A program made the translations under genes and the position numbers. Positions 1-9,005 of a stretch of DNA of 64,000 bases are shown here, in pieces. The DNA is taken from positions 1 through 64,000 of the forward strand of contig JAYENL010000242.1 of assembly GCA_034722055.1 (NCBI GenBank). Direction: 5' to 3'. This DNA is from Armatimonadota bacterium. GTDB taxonomy: Bacteria > Armatimonadota > Zipacnadia > Zipacnadales > UBA5352. Each line of letters begins with the position of its first letter. The first letter of the stretch is position 1. Under the pieces are notes generated by a model. It saw nothing but the letters and a program-made list of their open reading frames with translations, did no database searches and was not told where the DNA came from.

Positions 1-1
1 C

Positions 2-361
2 GGACAGTCCATGGCGAAGCTGCTGGAGGCCATCGACGAGCCCAACTGCCGCGCCAACTGGGACCCCGCCAACCACTGGGTCTACCGCCACGAGAGCTTC
101 AGCGCCGGATACGAGGCTCTGCGGAAGCACATCTCGCACGTCCACGTCAAGGATCACCTGCCGGGTGAGGGCCGGCATCAGACCGTGCCGCCCGGCCACG
201 GTCAGGTGGGCTGGCCGGGGCAGGTGCGGACGCTCATTGAAGACGGCTACGATGGGCTCATGGTCGTCGAGACGCACTTCACGCCCCGGATCGCCGGCAG
301 CAGGGCGTGCGTGGAGGCGCTCCGTGACATCCTCCGCGACGTGGGAGAGGTCGTCGAATGA
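2..361 (+). CDS. Sugar phosphate isomerase/epimerase (xylose isomerase-like TIM barrel), 5'-truncated by window edge
   Basis: NWDPAN, HVHVKD, GQVGW and GYDG..VETH motifs; frame is open to the window start. Confidence 0.8.
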   Translation, partial: GQSMAKLLEAIDEPNCRANWDPANHWVYRHESFSAGYEALRKHISHVHVKDHLPGEGRHQTVPPGHGQVGWPGQVRTLIEDGYDGLMVVETHFTPRIAGSRACVEALRDILRDVGEVVE

Positions 362-1173
362 CCCTGAGGTGGCTGCTGGGCCGCGGGCATCGCACGGAGG
401 CCATCGAGGAGGAGCCCACGCCGGTCGGGAAGGACGCCTTCACCGACGTGGCGCCATATTACGACGAGCTGATGTCGGCGGTCCCATACAGGAGTTGGGT
501 GGACTATGTGGAATCCATCCTCGAGCGAGTGGGTCATGAGCCGCGCGAGGTGCTCGATCTGTGCTGCGGTACCGGGCAGGTGGGCGCGGAGATGGCCCGC
601 CGGGGCTATCAGACGGTCGGCGTGGACATCTCCGAGCCCATGGTGCGGCGCTGCTCCCGCCGCCAGCCGCCCCTCTCGGCGGCGGTCATGGACGCCACGC
701 GGCCGGGGCTGGCGCCCGACAGCTTCGACCTGGTGGTGTCGCTGTATGACAGCCTGAACTACATCGTGGATCCCGAGGGCCTGCAGCGCTGCTTTGAGGG
801 CGTCTCCCGGGCGCTGCGGCCCCGCGGGCTGCTGATCTTTGACCTGAACACCGCCCGCGCGCTGCGCATCGGGCTGTTCACTCAGGACAACATCAACTCC
901 CGCGAGCCGCTGGAGTATCAGTGGCGGTCTCGCTGGGACGATGAGCGGAAGCTCTGCAGGATTGACATGAGCTTCAGATGGCGCGGCCCGGGAGAGCAGG
1001 TGCGGTTCTCGGAGACACACTACGAGCGCGCCTACGACGAGGACGAGGTGCGGGAGATGCTGGCACGTGCGGGGCTGGAGACGATGCACGTCTTCGACGC
1101 CTACACCTTCCGCCGTCCAGGCAGCTTCAGCAACCGCGTCTACTACGTGGCGCGCGGGCTGAGGGTGGAATGA
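358..1173 (+). CDS. Class I SAM-dependent methyltransferase
   Basis: VLDLCCGTG motif I, GVDISEPM, DSLNY; ATGA overlap with upstream gene. Confidence 0.9.
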   Translation: MTLRWLLGRGHRTEAIEEEPTPVGKDAFTDVAPYYDELMSAVPYRSWVDYVESILERVGHEPREVLDLCCGTGQVGAEMARRGYQTVGVDISEPMVRRCSRRQPPLSAAVMDATRPGLAPDSFDLVVSLYDSLNYIVDPEGLQRCFEGVSRALRPRGLLIFDLNTARALRIGLFTQDNINSREPLEYQWRSRWDDERKLCRIDMSFRWRGPGEQVRFSETHYERAYDEDEVREMLARAGLETMHVFDAYTFRRPGSFSNRVYYVARGLRVE

Positions 1174-1622
1174 GCATGGCCGATCGGGCAGCAACAAGCG
1201 CCGTCGCGGTGCTCATGGCAGTCATCCTCGCCGCCGGCTGTTCCCCGCCCAAGAGCATCGCTCGCGCCACGCCCAAGGCCACCGCGCAGGCCTTTGTGAA
1301 GGCCATGAGAGTGGCCGACTATGACGCCGTCGCGGCCGGCTTCGACTTCGAGGCGGTGGCCCGTCAGCGCAACCCTGACTGGGACACCTTCGGACAGAGC
1401 CAGCAGAACCTGATCATCGACAAGCTCGAAGAGGACAAAGCCGCCCAGCTTGAGGCGCTGGCCGGGATGATGGCCGGCGAGGGGTGGGTGGGGGAGCCGC
1501 AGATGCAGGATGGACACGCCATCGTGCCGGTGTACGTCGCAGGGAAAACGATCCGCCTCTACATGACCCGGCACGAGGACGAGTGGAAGATCCTGCGGAT
1601 CGTGGAGCACGCCGTCATGTAG
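1170..1622 (+). CDS. Hypothetical lipoprotein (NTF2/DUF4878-like)
   Basis: ATGA overlap at 1170; hydrophobic signal with lipobox LAAGC; TPKATAQAFVKAM...DY and C-terminal EWKI. Confidence 0.7.
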   Translation: MSMADRAATSAVAVLMAVILAAGCSPPKSIARATPKATAQAFVKAMRVADYDAVAAGFDFEAVARQRNPDWDTFGQSQQNLIIDKLEEDKAAQLEALAGMMAGEGWVGEPQMQDGHAIVPVYVAGKTIRLYMTRHEDEWKILRIVEHAVM

Positions 1623-1669
1623 CGCCGAGCACTCGCACACCACCCGCATCGCCTCAGGGAGGGCCGCGT

Positions 1670-4600
1670 ATGTCCATCGATGGCCTGCGCCGAGAGTTCG
1701 CCGATCCGGGCAACGAGTTTCGCTTCGCCCCCTTCTGGTTCATCAACCACGAGCTGACGGAGGAGGAGACACGCTGGCAGGTGCGGGAGATGAACCGGCA
1801 GGGCGTGGGCGGGTTCATCTACCACCCTCGCCACGGGCTGCTCACTGAGTATATGTCCGAACAGTTCCTGGACAACTGCGCCGCCGCCATCGACGAGGCG
1901 AAGAAGCTGGGGATGAAGGCCTACCTCTACGATGAGAACAACTGGCCCTCCGGCCCGGCGGACGCTCAGGTCTTCGAGGGCCATCCCGAGTTCCGCATGT
2001 CCGGCGCGCGTGTGAGCGACTGCTTCGACCTCACGCCCCGCGACAGCGGCGGGCGGGAGCTGCAGATCGATGACGAGCTCATCGCCGTGGTCGCCGTCCC
2101 GCTCGCCGGCGGCAGGCCTGAGGGCTTCCCGGAGAGCGCCGTGAACCTGATGGAGGTGGTTGAGGACGGGATCCTGCACTGGGCCCCCTCCAGGGGCGAG
2201 GGCGACTGGCGCGTCTACGTCATCTCCCGCCTCTGGCATGTGGGCACCTTCTTCGGCTCCTACCTCGACACCCTCAACCCCGACGCCGTGGCCCGCTTCA
2301 TCGAGCTGACCCACGAGAAGTACCGCCAGCGCTTTGAGGAGGAGTTCGGCGCCACCGTTGACGGCATCTTCACCGATGAGCCCACCATGAGCTTCAACCC
2401 GCCGGAGTGTATCCCCTGGACCGCGCGGATGCCAGCGGAGTTCGGGTGGCGCAAGAGCTACGACCTGCTGATGGCCCTGCCGGCGCTGTTCGACGACGTG
2501 GGCCCGGAGACCACCCGGGTGCGCTGCGACTTCTGGGACGTCGCCACCGATGTCTACGTCAATGCCTTCTTCAAGCAGATCTACCAGTGGTGCGACGCGG
2601 TGCGCCTGAATCTGATGGGGCACGTCAACCGCGAGGGCGAGATCACCTACCACTGCCGCGAGCAGGGCCACTGGTTCCGCGGCGCCCGCTACATGCACTG
2701 GGGCGGCTGCGACTACCTCCGGGAGAACACCTGGCCGGTGGGCAACGAGATGTACAACGTGCTGGCGGCCGGCAAGTTCGCCTCCTCGGCGGGGCACCTG
2801 CTGGGCAAGCGCATCGTGGGCAGCGAGTGCTTCGGCCTCGCCAGCCAGTGGGCCATCGACCTCCGCAACCTCAAGTGGATGAGCGACTTCCAGTTCTGCC
2901 TGGGCATCAACCAGCTCGAGCCGCACGCCTTCTACTACTCCATCCAGGGCTTCCGCAAGTGGGAGTGCCCCCCCGGCGAGTTCTACCAGAGCCCCTTCTG
3001 GCCCTACTACGACACCCTGGCGGATTACGTGGGCCGGCTCTCGGCGGTGCTGCGCGACGGCCAGCACATCGCCGACGCCGCGCACCTCTATCCCAACGCG
3101 TCCTTCTGGGCGGAGATGGACCCGTTCGAGAACGAGAAGACCGAGGAGCTGCGGCGCAGCTTCCTGCGCTGCGGCCGGCTGCTGATGAAGGTCAACGCCG
3201 ACTTCGACTACGTCTCCGAGGAGATGCTCCAGCGCGCCGACTTCGACGGCGGCGAGATCGCCGTCAAGTACCCCGATTCGGACGAGGTCGCGGAGCGCTT
3301 CCGCATGCTGGTCATGCCCGCGTGCACCACCATCTCCCGCGCCACCGCCGACGCTCTGCAGCGGTTCGTGGACGCCGGCGGGCGGATCATCGCGCTGGGC
3401 GAGCTGCCCCGCAAGTCCATCGAGCGGGGCGAGGACAGCCACGTCCGGGAGATCATGGCGGGCATCTTCGGGGAGGAGTACGACCTGTCGATGGGCCTCA
3501 GGGACGCCGAGGGCCCGGTGGTGGCGGGTGAGCTGGCGCCCGGCTGGCGGGGCGGGGCGCTGATCGGATACCCCTTCGAGGCCGAGGACGAGGACATCAT
3601 CGACCACCTCGCCCAGGCCCTCTACGCCGCCATCGACCCTGACGTTCGCCTCCGAGACGAGACCGGCCGCTTCATCGAGGACGTGGTGCACTACCACTAC
3701 GCGCGTGAGGGCCGGCACTTCGTGCTGCTGCAGAACACCTCGCGGGAGACCGGCTATGCCTTCGACGTCACGCTGCGGATGACCGGCGATGTGGAGGTCT
3801 GGGACCCCGAGGACGGCTCGATCGCGCCGGCGCTGGTGGCGCGCGGTGAGCCCGGCCACCTGCACCTGCCCGTCCGGCTGGAGCCTGCCCAGTGTCTGCT
3901 GCTGTGCGTCGATCCCCGGGCGCAGTGCCCGTCCACGCCGGTGATCGCCGCCGATCTGCCGCTGGTGTCCGCATCCGGCGACGAGATCGTGGGCCTGGCG
4001 CGCCAGACCGGCAGCTATTCGGTGACCATCGGCTCCCACCAGCGGGAGCCGCGCGTCGTACGGGCCGCCGTGCGGGCCATGCCGAACGTGGTCGAGCTTG
4101 AGGACGAGTGGGAGTTCGAGACCGATAGCCCCAACGCCCTGCCGCTGTCGCGCTGGGAGTACGAGATGGACTACTGGGTGGTCAACACCGACGCGGCCGC
4201 CAACGAGCACATCTACCGGGCGCGCTTCCACTCCGAGATCGTACCCAAGGAAACCCGGCTGCTGCTCGACGGGCTGGCGACCGAGAAGGTCTGGGAGGGC
4301 AGCACCGTCGTCAGCTTCGAGGTGCTGGTCAACGGCGACCGCGTGGGGCGGAGCACCGGCGGGCGGGGCAACCTGGCGATTGAGGGCATGGAGCCCGGAC
4401 ACTACCTGGATCACTACATCTACGAGGCGCCCCTGGACGAGCTCATTATCGAGGGCCCCAACGTGGTGGAGGTCCGGACCCGCGGCCAGCTCTACGAGAC
4501 CCCGAACCTGGGGCACCCGATCATCATCGTCGGCCGCTTCGCCGTCGGTGAGCGGGAGGGGCGACCGGCCCTGCGCGCCGAGCCGGACACCATCGACAGC

Positions 4601-4939
4601 TCGGGCTGGGATAGCCACGGCTACCCCTACTTCTCGGGCATCGGAATCTACCGCCAGAAGGTGAAGCTCACGCAGGCTCAGCGTAACTGTCGGCTGGTGC
4701 TGGAGATGGACCCGCCCGGCGACATGTTCGAGGTGCTCGTCAACGGCCGCTCCTGCGGCGTCCGGGCCTGGGAGCCGTGGGCGGTGGAGATCACCGGGGC
4801 AATCACCGGCCCCACCAACGACATCGAGATCCGGGTGGCCAACTCCCTGCAGAACCTGCTCGTGCAACAGCCCAGGCCCTCGGGCATCCTGGGCGGCGTC
4901 CGCATCGTTCCCCGCAAGGAGCTGCGCTTCAAACCGTAG
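1670..4939 (+). CDS. Large glycoside hydrolase, GH106 (alpha-L-rhamnosidase)-like, with C-terminal GH2-type sugar-binding domain
   Basis: APFWFIN, GVGGF..HPR.GL, YLYDENNWPSG, IFTDEP, GINQ..PHAFYYS, C-terminal GYPYFSG and SGILG; GGAGG upstream of ATG 1670; no signal peptide. Confidence 0.8.
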   Translation: MSIDGLRREFADPGNEFRFAPFWFINHELTEEETRWQVREMNRQGVGGFIYHPRHGLLTEYMSEQFLDNCAAAIDEAKKLGMKAYLYDENNWPSGPADAQVFEGHPEFRMSGARVSDCFDLTPRDSGGRELQIDDELIAVVAVPLAGGRPEGFPESAVNLMEVVEDGILHWAPSRGEGDWRVYVISRLWHVGTFFGSYLDTLNPDAVARFIELTHEKYRQRFEEEFGATVDGIFTDEPTMSFNPPECIPWTARMPAEFGWRKSYDLLMALPALFDDVGPETTRVRCDFWDVATDVYVNAFFKQIYQWCDAVRLNLMGHVNREGEITYHCREQGHWFRGARYMHWGGCDYLRENTWPVGNEMYNVLAAGKFASSAGHLLGKRIVGSECFGLASQWAIDLRNLKWMSDFQFCLGINQLEPHAFYYSIQGFRKWECPPGEFYQSPFWPYYDTLADYVGRLSAVLRDGQHIADAAHLYPNASFWAEMDPFENEKTEELRRSFLRCGRLLMKVNADFDYVSEEMLQRADFDGGEIAVKYPDSDEVAERFRMLVMPACTTISRATADALQRFVDAGGRIIALGELPRKSIERGEDSHVREIMAGIFGEEYDLSMGLRDAEGPVVAGELAPGWRGGALIGYPFEAEDEDIIDHLAQALYAAIDPDVRLRDETGRFIEDVVHYHYAREGRHFVLLQNTSRETGYAFDVTLRMTGDVEVWDPEDGSIAPALVARGEPGHLHLPVRLEPAQCLLLCVDPRAQCPSTPVIAADLPLVSASGDEIVGLARQTGSYSVTIGSHQREPRVVRAAVRAMPNVVELEDEWEFETDSPNALPLSRWEYEMDYWVVNTDAAANEHIYRARFHSEIVPKETRLLLDGLATEKVWEGSTVVSFEVLVNGDRVGRSTGGRGNLAIEGMEPGHYLDHYIYEAPLDELIIEGPNVVEVRTRGQLYETPNLGHPIIIVGRFAVGEREGRPALRAEPDTIDSSGWDSHGYPYFSGIGIYRQKVKLTQAQRNCRLVLEMDPPGDMFEVLVNGRSCGVRAWEPWAVEITGAITGPTNDIEIRVANSLQNLLVQQPRPSGILGGVRIVPRKELRFKP

Positions 4940-4963
4940 GAGCAGGCGGGACAGTCACGGTGC

Positions 4964-4995
4964 GGGGAGGCGGCTCCTGCCGCCTCCCCTTCCTT
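4964..4995 (+). terminator. Hairpin after the GH106-like gene (terminator or REP-like palindrome)
   Basis: GGGGAGGCGGC-TCCT-GCCGCCTCCCC perfect 11-bp stem followed by TTCCTT. Confidence 0.5.
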
Positions 4996-5206
4996 GCGCA
5001 CCTCGAAGACGCCGCCGCTGCTTGCGCGAGGCCAAACAGGTGCCATCTGCGGACGTACTGGAGCGATGGTGCGACGTCCCGGCGCCCGTTGCCAGTCGGC
5101 GACGCGCCCGGAAGGAAACGGCACTGCTGCCACCGAAGTATGCCCCAGACGTCGCGACCGCCCCCGGCGCTCGCCCGGGGACCATCATGGATCGGGAGTA
5201 GTCTGC

Positions 5207-5755
5207 GTGCACAGGTCGCCGTGGTGGGTGATGGAGGCCTTCGATCGCACGATCCGCGGCCTGTTCTGGGACGCTGAGGCCACGGTGGCCCCCTATGTGG
5301 CGTCCGGGGACCGCGTGGCGGACATCGGCTGCGGGGTCGGCTTCCACTCCATTGCTCTGAGTCGGCTGGTCGGTCCGCGAGGCGAGGTCCTGCTGGCAGA
5401 TGTGCAACGGGAGGTGCTCAGGCGCGCGGTAGACCGCTGCCGCCGCGATCCGCTGGCGCGCGCGCCGCTCACTCCGGTGCTCACAGACGTTGGCGGCGAC
5501 CTGCCCATCAACGGCGAGCTGGACTTCGCCCTCGTGTTCTGGGCGCTGCACGAGGTCCGGGAGCCTCAGCGCTTCTGGCGCCAGCTCGTTCCCCACCTTC
5601 GAGCCGGCGCCAAAGTCCTGGTGGCCGAGCCCATACTGCACGTGCGTCGCCAGCGCTATCAGGACGAGCTGCGCCCTGCCGAGGAGCTGGGCCTGGCACG
5701 GGCCGAGGTGGACGACATCGCCTTTACCAATGCCGCCGTGCTGACAGCTCTATGA
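5207..5755 (+). CDS. Class I SAM-dependent methyltransferase
   Basis: GDRVADIGCGVG, GPRGEVLLADVQ, ALHEV; GTG 5207 preceded by GGGAG (start inferred). Confidence 0.8.
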   Translation: MHRSPWWVMEAFDRTIRGLFWDAEATVAPYVASGDRVADIGCGVGFHSIALSRLVGPRGEVLLADVQREVLRRAVDRCRRDPLARAPLTPVLTDVGGDLPINGELDFALVFWALHEVREPQRFWRQLVPHLRAGAKVLVAEPILHVRRQRYQDELRPAEELGLARAEVDDIAFTNAAVLTAL

Positions 5756-5765
5756 TGAGCAGACA

Positions 5766-6707
5766 GTGGGAATGCCGCAGATGAGCGACGATCAGAGGGC
5801 CAGAGAGCGCTCCTACCGGTGGGTGTGGTGGGTGGTGGCGGCGGTGGCGGTCGTGGGCTTCATAGTCTGGGCCAGCACGCGCCCGCCGGAGGTCACCGTG
5901 GCGACCGTGGAGCGGGGCGACCTGTCGGTGACCGTGACTGCCACCGGTGAGGTGGAGGGGCGCGTCGCCGAGGTCTCCCCCATCGTGCAGGGCCAGGTGG
6001 AGGCCGTCTACCGCGAGGAGGGTGACCGCGTGTCCCGAGGGGATCTGCTGTGTCGGATTATCGCCCCTGGCGTTCCCGGCACGCCCGCAGCCGCCGCGGC
6101 GACTCACCAGACCGTGGAGGCGCCCTTCGACGGCGTGGTCAGCCGCCGGTACGTGGATCCCGGTGACGCGGCGGTGCCCGGGCAGCCCGTCTACCAGGTG
6201 GCCGACACCGCCTCGGTCTGGGTCACCGCGCTCATCGACGATATCGACGTCGGCAAGATCCATCAGGGCCAGGCGGTGGAGATCGTCCTTCCCGCCTACC
6301 TGGGCCGCAGCCTGCCGGGGCGCATCGCGCACATCAACGCCACCGCAACGCCTCGCACGCAGTCGGGCATCGGAGGGAAGGTGGTCCGCTCGCGCATCGA
6401 GCTCACCGAGGGCCCCGGTCCCCTGCGGCCGGGCATGGAGGTGGACATGAACGCCGAGGCCGTAATGGCCCGCGACGTGGTGCTGGCGCCTGCCGACGCG
6501 GTGCTGGAGGATGAGACCGGCCGCTGGGTCTTTCTGGTCGTGAACGGGCGAGTGCAGCGCCGCGAGGTCAGCCTCGGCGCGAACAACTACGTGAAGGCGG
6601 AGGTCACCGAGGGCCTGCAGCCCGGCGACGTCGTGGTCGTTGGCGGCAAGGAGGACATCGCCGACGGCGACGCCGTGCGCACCGTGGAGAGGGACGACCG
6701 TGGCTGA
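5766..6707 (+). CDS. Efflux periplasmic adaptor (HlyD/MacA family), lacking the alpha-hairpin
   Basis: N-terminal TM, V.ATGEV, lipoyl halves (EGDRVSRGDLL / APFDGVV), LRPGM, GLQPGD.VV; start could be 5766, 5772 or 5781. Confidence 0.88.
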   Translation: MGMPQMSDDQRARERSYRWVWWVVAAVAVVGFIVWASTRPPEVTVATVERGDLSVTVTATGEVEGRVAEVSPIVQGQVEAVYREEGDRVSRGDLLCRIIAPGVPGTPAAAAATHQTVEAPFDGVVSRRYVDPGDAAVPGQPVYQVADTASVWVTALIDDIDVGKIHQGQAVEIVLPAYLGRSLPGRIAHINATATPRTQSGIGGKVVRSRIELTEGPGPLRPGMEVDMNAEAVMARDVVLAPADAVLEDETGRWVFLVVNGRVQRREVSLGANNYVKAEVTEGLQPGDVVVVGGKEDIADGDAVRTVERDDRG

Positions 6708-7407
6708 GAACGCGGTGCAGGTGAGAGACCTGACCAAGCACTACCAGATGGGCGAGGTTATCGTGCGGGCTCTCCGCGGCACCACCTTCGACGTGGTAGC
6801 GGGGTCCCTGGTGGTCCTCCTGGGCCCCAGCGGCTCCGGCAAGACCACGCTGCTGAACCTCATCGGCGGCCTCGATGTGCCCACCGAGGGCCGCGTCTTC
6901 GTCAACGACCAGGAGGTCTCCGCCCTTCACGAGCCGGAGCTGACGGAGTATCGTCGCGACAAGGTGGGCTTCATCTTCCAGTTCTTCAACCTCGTCCCCA
7001 CCCTCACTGCGCTGGAGAACGTGGAGCTGGTGGGCGAGCTGGCCGACAATACCGCCGAGGCTGCGGACTTCCTCGAGCGCGTCGGCCTCGGCGAGCGCCT
7101 GGATTACTACCCGGCCGAGCTCTCCGGCGGCGAGCAGCAGCGCGTCGCCATCGCCCGGGCGCTCATCAAACGCCCCTACCTGCTGCTGGGGGATGAGCCG
7201 ACGGGGAACCTGGACTACGAGACCGGCCTGCTGGTTCTGCAGCTTATCCGGGACATCAGCGATGAGAGCGAGCTGACGGTGCTGATGGTCACCCATAACG
7301 CCGCCATCGGCAAGATGGCGGACGTCGTGATCTCCCTCCGCTCCGGACAGGTGGAGGGGATCGAGGAGAACGAGAGCCCGGTCCCGCCCTCGGAGCTGAG
7401 ATGGTAG
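6700..7407 (+). CDS. ABC transporter ATP-binding protein (LolD/MacB type)
   Basis: Walker A GPSGSGKT, LSGGEQQRVAIARA, DEPTGNLD, VTHN; GTG start overlapping the adaptor gene. Confidence 0.95.
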   Translation: MAENAVQVRDLTKHYQMGEVIVRALRGTTFDVVAGSLVVLLGPSGSGKTTLLNLIGGLDVPTEGRVFVNDQEVSALHEPELTEYRRDKVGFIFQFFNLVPTLTALENVELVGELADNTAEAADFLERVGLGERLDYYPAELSGGEQQRVAIARALIKRPYLLLGDEPTGNLDYETGLLVLQLIRDISDESELTVLMVTHNAAIGKMADVVISLRSGQVEGIEENESPVPPSELRW

Positions 7408-7429
7408 CTGCGGAGGAAGGGCAAATCTG

Positions 7430-7600
7430 ATGGATTACCCCGACCACTGGAAGGATAAACTTGCGGATGAGGAGGAGCGCAAGCGAATCGCCCGGGAGCA
7501 CTGGCGGCCGAGCCCGTGGCACGTCCTGGCGCTCCTCGCTGTCGCGGCGGCCTTCGCCATCGCCTTCTGGCCGGGCGGGTGCGGCACAGTCGGCCAGTAG
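7430..7600 (+). CDS. Small single-TM protein, 56 aa (not in ORF track)
   Basis: GGAGGAAGG SD, then MDYPDHWKDKLADEEERKRIAREHWRPSPWHVLALLAVAAAFAIAFWPGGCGTVGQ*. Confidence 0.65.
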   Translation: MDYPDHWKDKLADEEERKRIAREHWRPSPWHVLALLAVAAAFAIAFWPGGCGTVGQ

Positions 7601-7697
7601 CCACCTGTGCCTGCTGGCGGTTGCCTGCGGAAGTTGTCGAACCTTCACGACAATCGCAGTCGGTGCGCTCGGTGTCCTACGGATGGGCAGCATTCCG

Positions 7698-7821
7698 GTG
7701 GAGGGGCCGCCTGAGCGCGCCACAAAGAGGCGCGCGAAGTCGGCCCGCGCACTGCCGATAACGACTGGGCCGGCTTCGGCGCGGGTGCTCACGCAACTGC
7801 CCCTCAGGACGGCCCCTCCAC
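7698..7821. repeat. MITE/REPIN-like element with terminal inverted repeats (GTGGAGGGGCCGC family), copy 1
   Basis: GTGGAGGGGCCGCCTGAG (7698-7715) vs CTCAGGACGGCCCCTCCAC (7803-7821, one-base bulge); internal hairpins. Confidence 0.7.
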
Positions 7822-7960
7822 GGCGAGAGCAGCCGCGTTGACGCCACGCGAGGTAATGGGTGACTTTCTGCCACTCAGCACTGCGGCATCACCGTAGTCC
7901 CGGTGGCGCAGGCGCACTCGCCCGGACAGCGTTGAGACGACGACACGAGGAGCCACGTCC

Positions 7961-8992
7961 ATGAAGCTTGTGGAGGCGGCGGGGGACGCGCGCACCGTCG
8001 GCAGGATCACCGGCGAGGAGCTGAGCGAGGAGATCCGCCGGCTCATCGAGATGATCGAGCCGGACAAGCGGCACGCCGACTGGGAGCGCCGCTGGCCGAC
8101 CATCCGCAAGGCCCTCGCGGCGCACGTCCCACTGGTGCTGGAGGAGATGGAGGGCACTGCCGAGGGCGCGGACCTGCCGCTGGAGACGATTTTCAAGATC
8201 AACTGGCCCGGCTACAACACCGACCTCGACCTGCCTGGCGGGTGCACGAATATCGCTTTCAGCGAGGGGCCCGACGGGCCCATCTGGGGCAAGAACAACG
8301 ATGGCGGCGCGCCCGGCGAGCAGCTCCCGCCGGTTGCTCGTCTCATCCGCCGCAATGACGCCATCCCGCAGCTCAACTTCACCTTCTGCGGCATGGTCGC
8401 AACGATTGACGGCATGAACGCCGAGGGCCTGGCGGTCGGCCACTCCTCGGTCGGTAGCGTCTTCGCGCAGAGCGACCGCCACGTGCCCATTCGCCTGTGG
8501 GCCTACGAGGGCCTGATGCGCTGCCACACCACCGAGGAGTTCGTGCGCCACATGTGCTCGGTCCCTACGCGCGGCAAGGGCTATTCCTCGCTGGCGGTGG
8601 ACGCCCATGGCGTGATGTGCTCGCTGGAGTCCCCCTGCCCGCTGACGCAGGTGCGCTGGCCCGATCCCGGCGAGACCTACATGAACTGCTCCAACTACTA
8701 CCAGCTCGCGCCGCTTGCCGAGGCCGATCGACGCCAGCCGGAGGGGAAGGAGAACGCCATCGCGCGGGCGGAGATGCTCGACGGGCGCTTCGGCGGAGGC
8801 GCCGGCGGGCGCGACCTGGCGGCCATGAAGAGCGTGCTGCGCTATCACGGCGATCCCGGCATCTGCCGGCACGGCAGCGAGGACCAGTCGTGGACCGAGT
8901 ACTCCATGATCGGCCTCTGTGCTGAGCGGAAGGCGCTGTTTCTGCACGGGCGGCCCTGCGAGGTGGAGGACTACAGACACGTGCAGCTCTAG
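7961..8992 (+). CDS. C45 family autoproteolytic Ntn-hydrolase/acyltransferase
   Basis: EEMEG.AEGA, GG|CT nucleophile, GKNND, DGMNAEGLAV; GAGGAG SD. Confidence 0.85.
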   Translation: MKLVEAAGDARTVGRITGEELSEEIRRLIEMIEPDKRHADWERRWPTIRKALAAHVPLVLEEMEGTAEGADLPLETIFKINWPGYNTDLDLPGGCTNIAFSEGPDGPIWGKNNDGGAPGEQLPPVARLIRRNDAIPQLNFTFCGMVATIDGMNAEGLAVGHSSVGSVFAQSDRHVPIRLWAYEGLMRCHTTEEFVRHMCSVPTRGKGYSSLAVDAHGVMCSLESPCPLTQVRWPDPGETYMNCSNYYQLAPLAEADRRQPEGKENAIARAEMLDGRFGGGAGGRDLAAMKSVLRYHGDPGICRHGSEDQSWTEYSMIGLCAERKALFLHGRPCEVEDYRHVQL

Positions 8993-9005
8993 CGAGGAGG
9001 AGATC

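Noticed and set aside
1559..4867. Long antisense ORFs (also 9405-11714, 15631-17949, 19783-21918, 27157-29388, 32690-34660)
   Set aside because: They are expected shadows of high-GC3 genes, with no motifs and full overlap with better-supported CDSs.
7411..7460. GGGCAAA resembling a c-di-GMP-I riboswitch start
   Set aside because: The downstream GACGCAAAG and P3 elements are absent, and the sequence is explained by the SD and small ORF.
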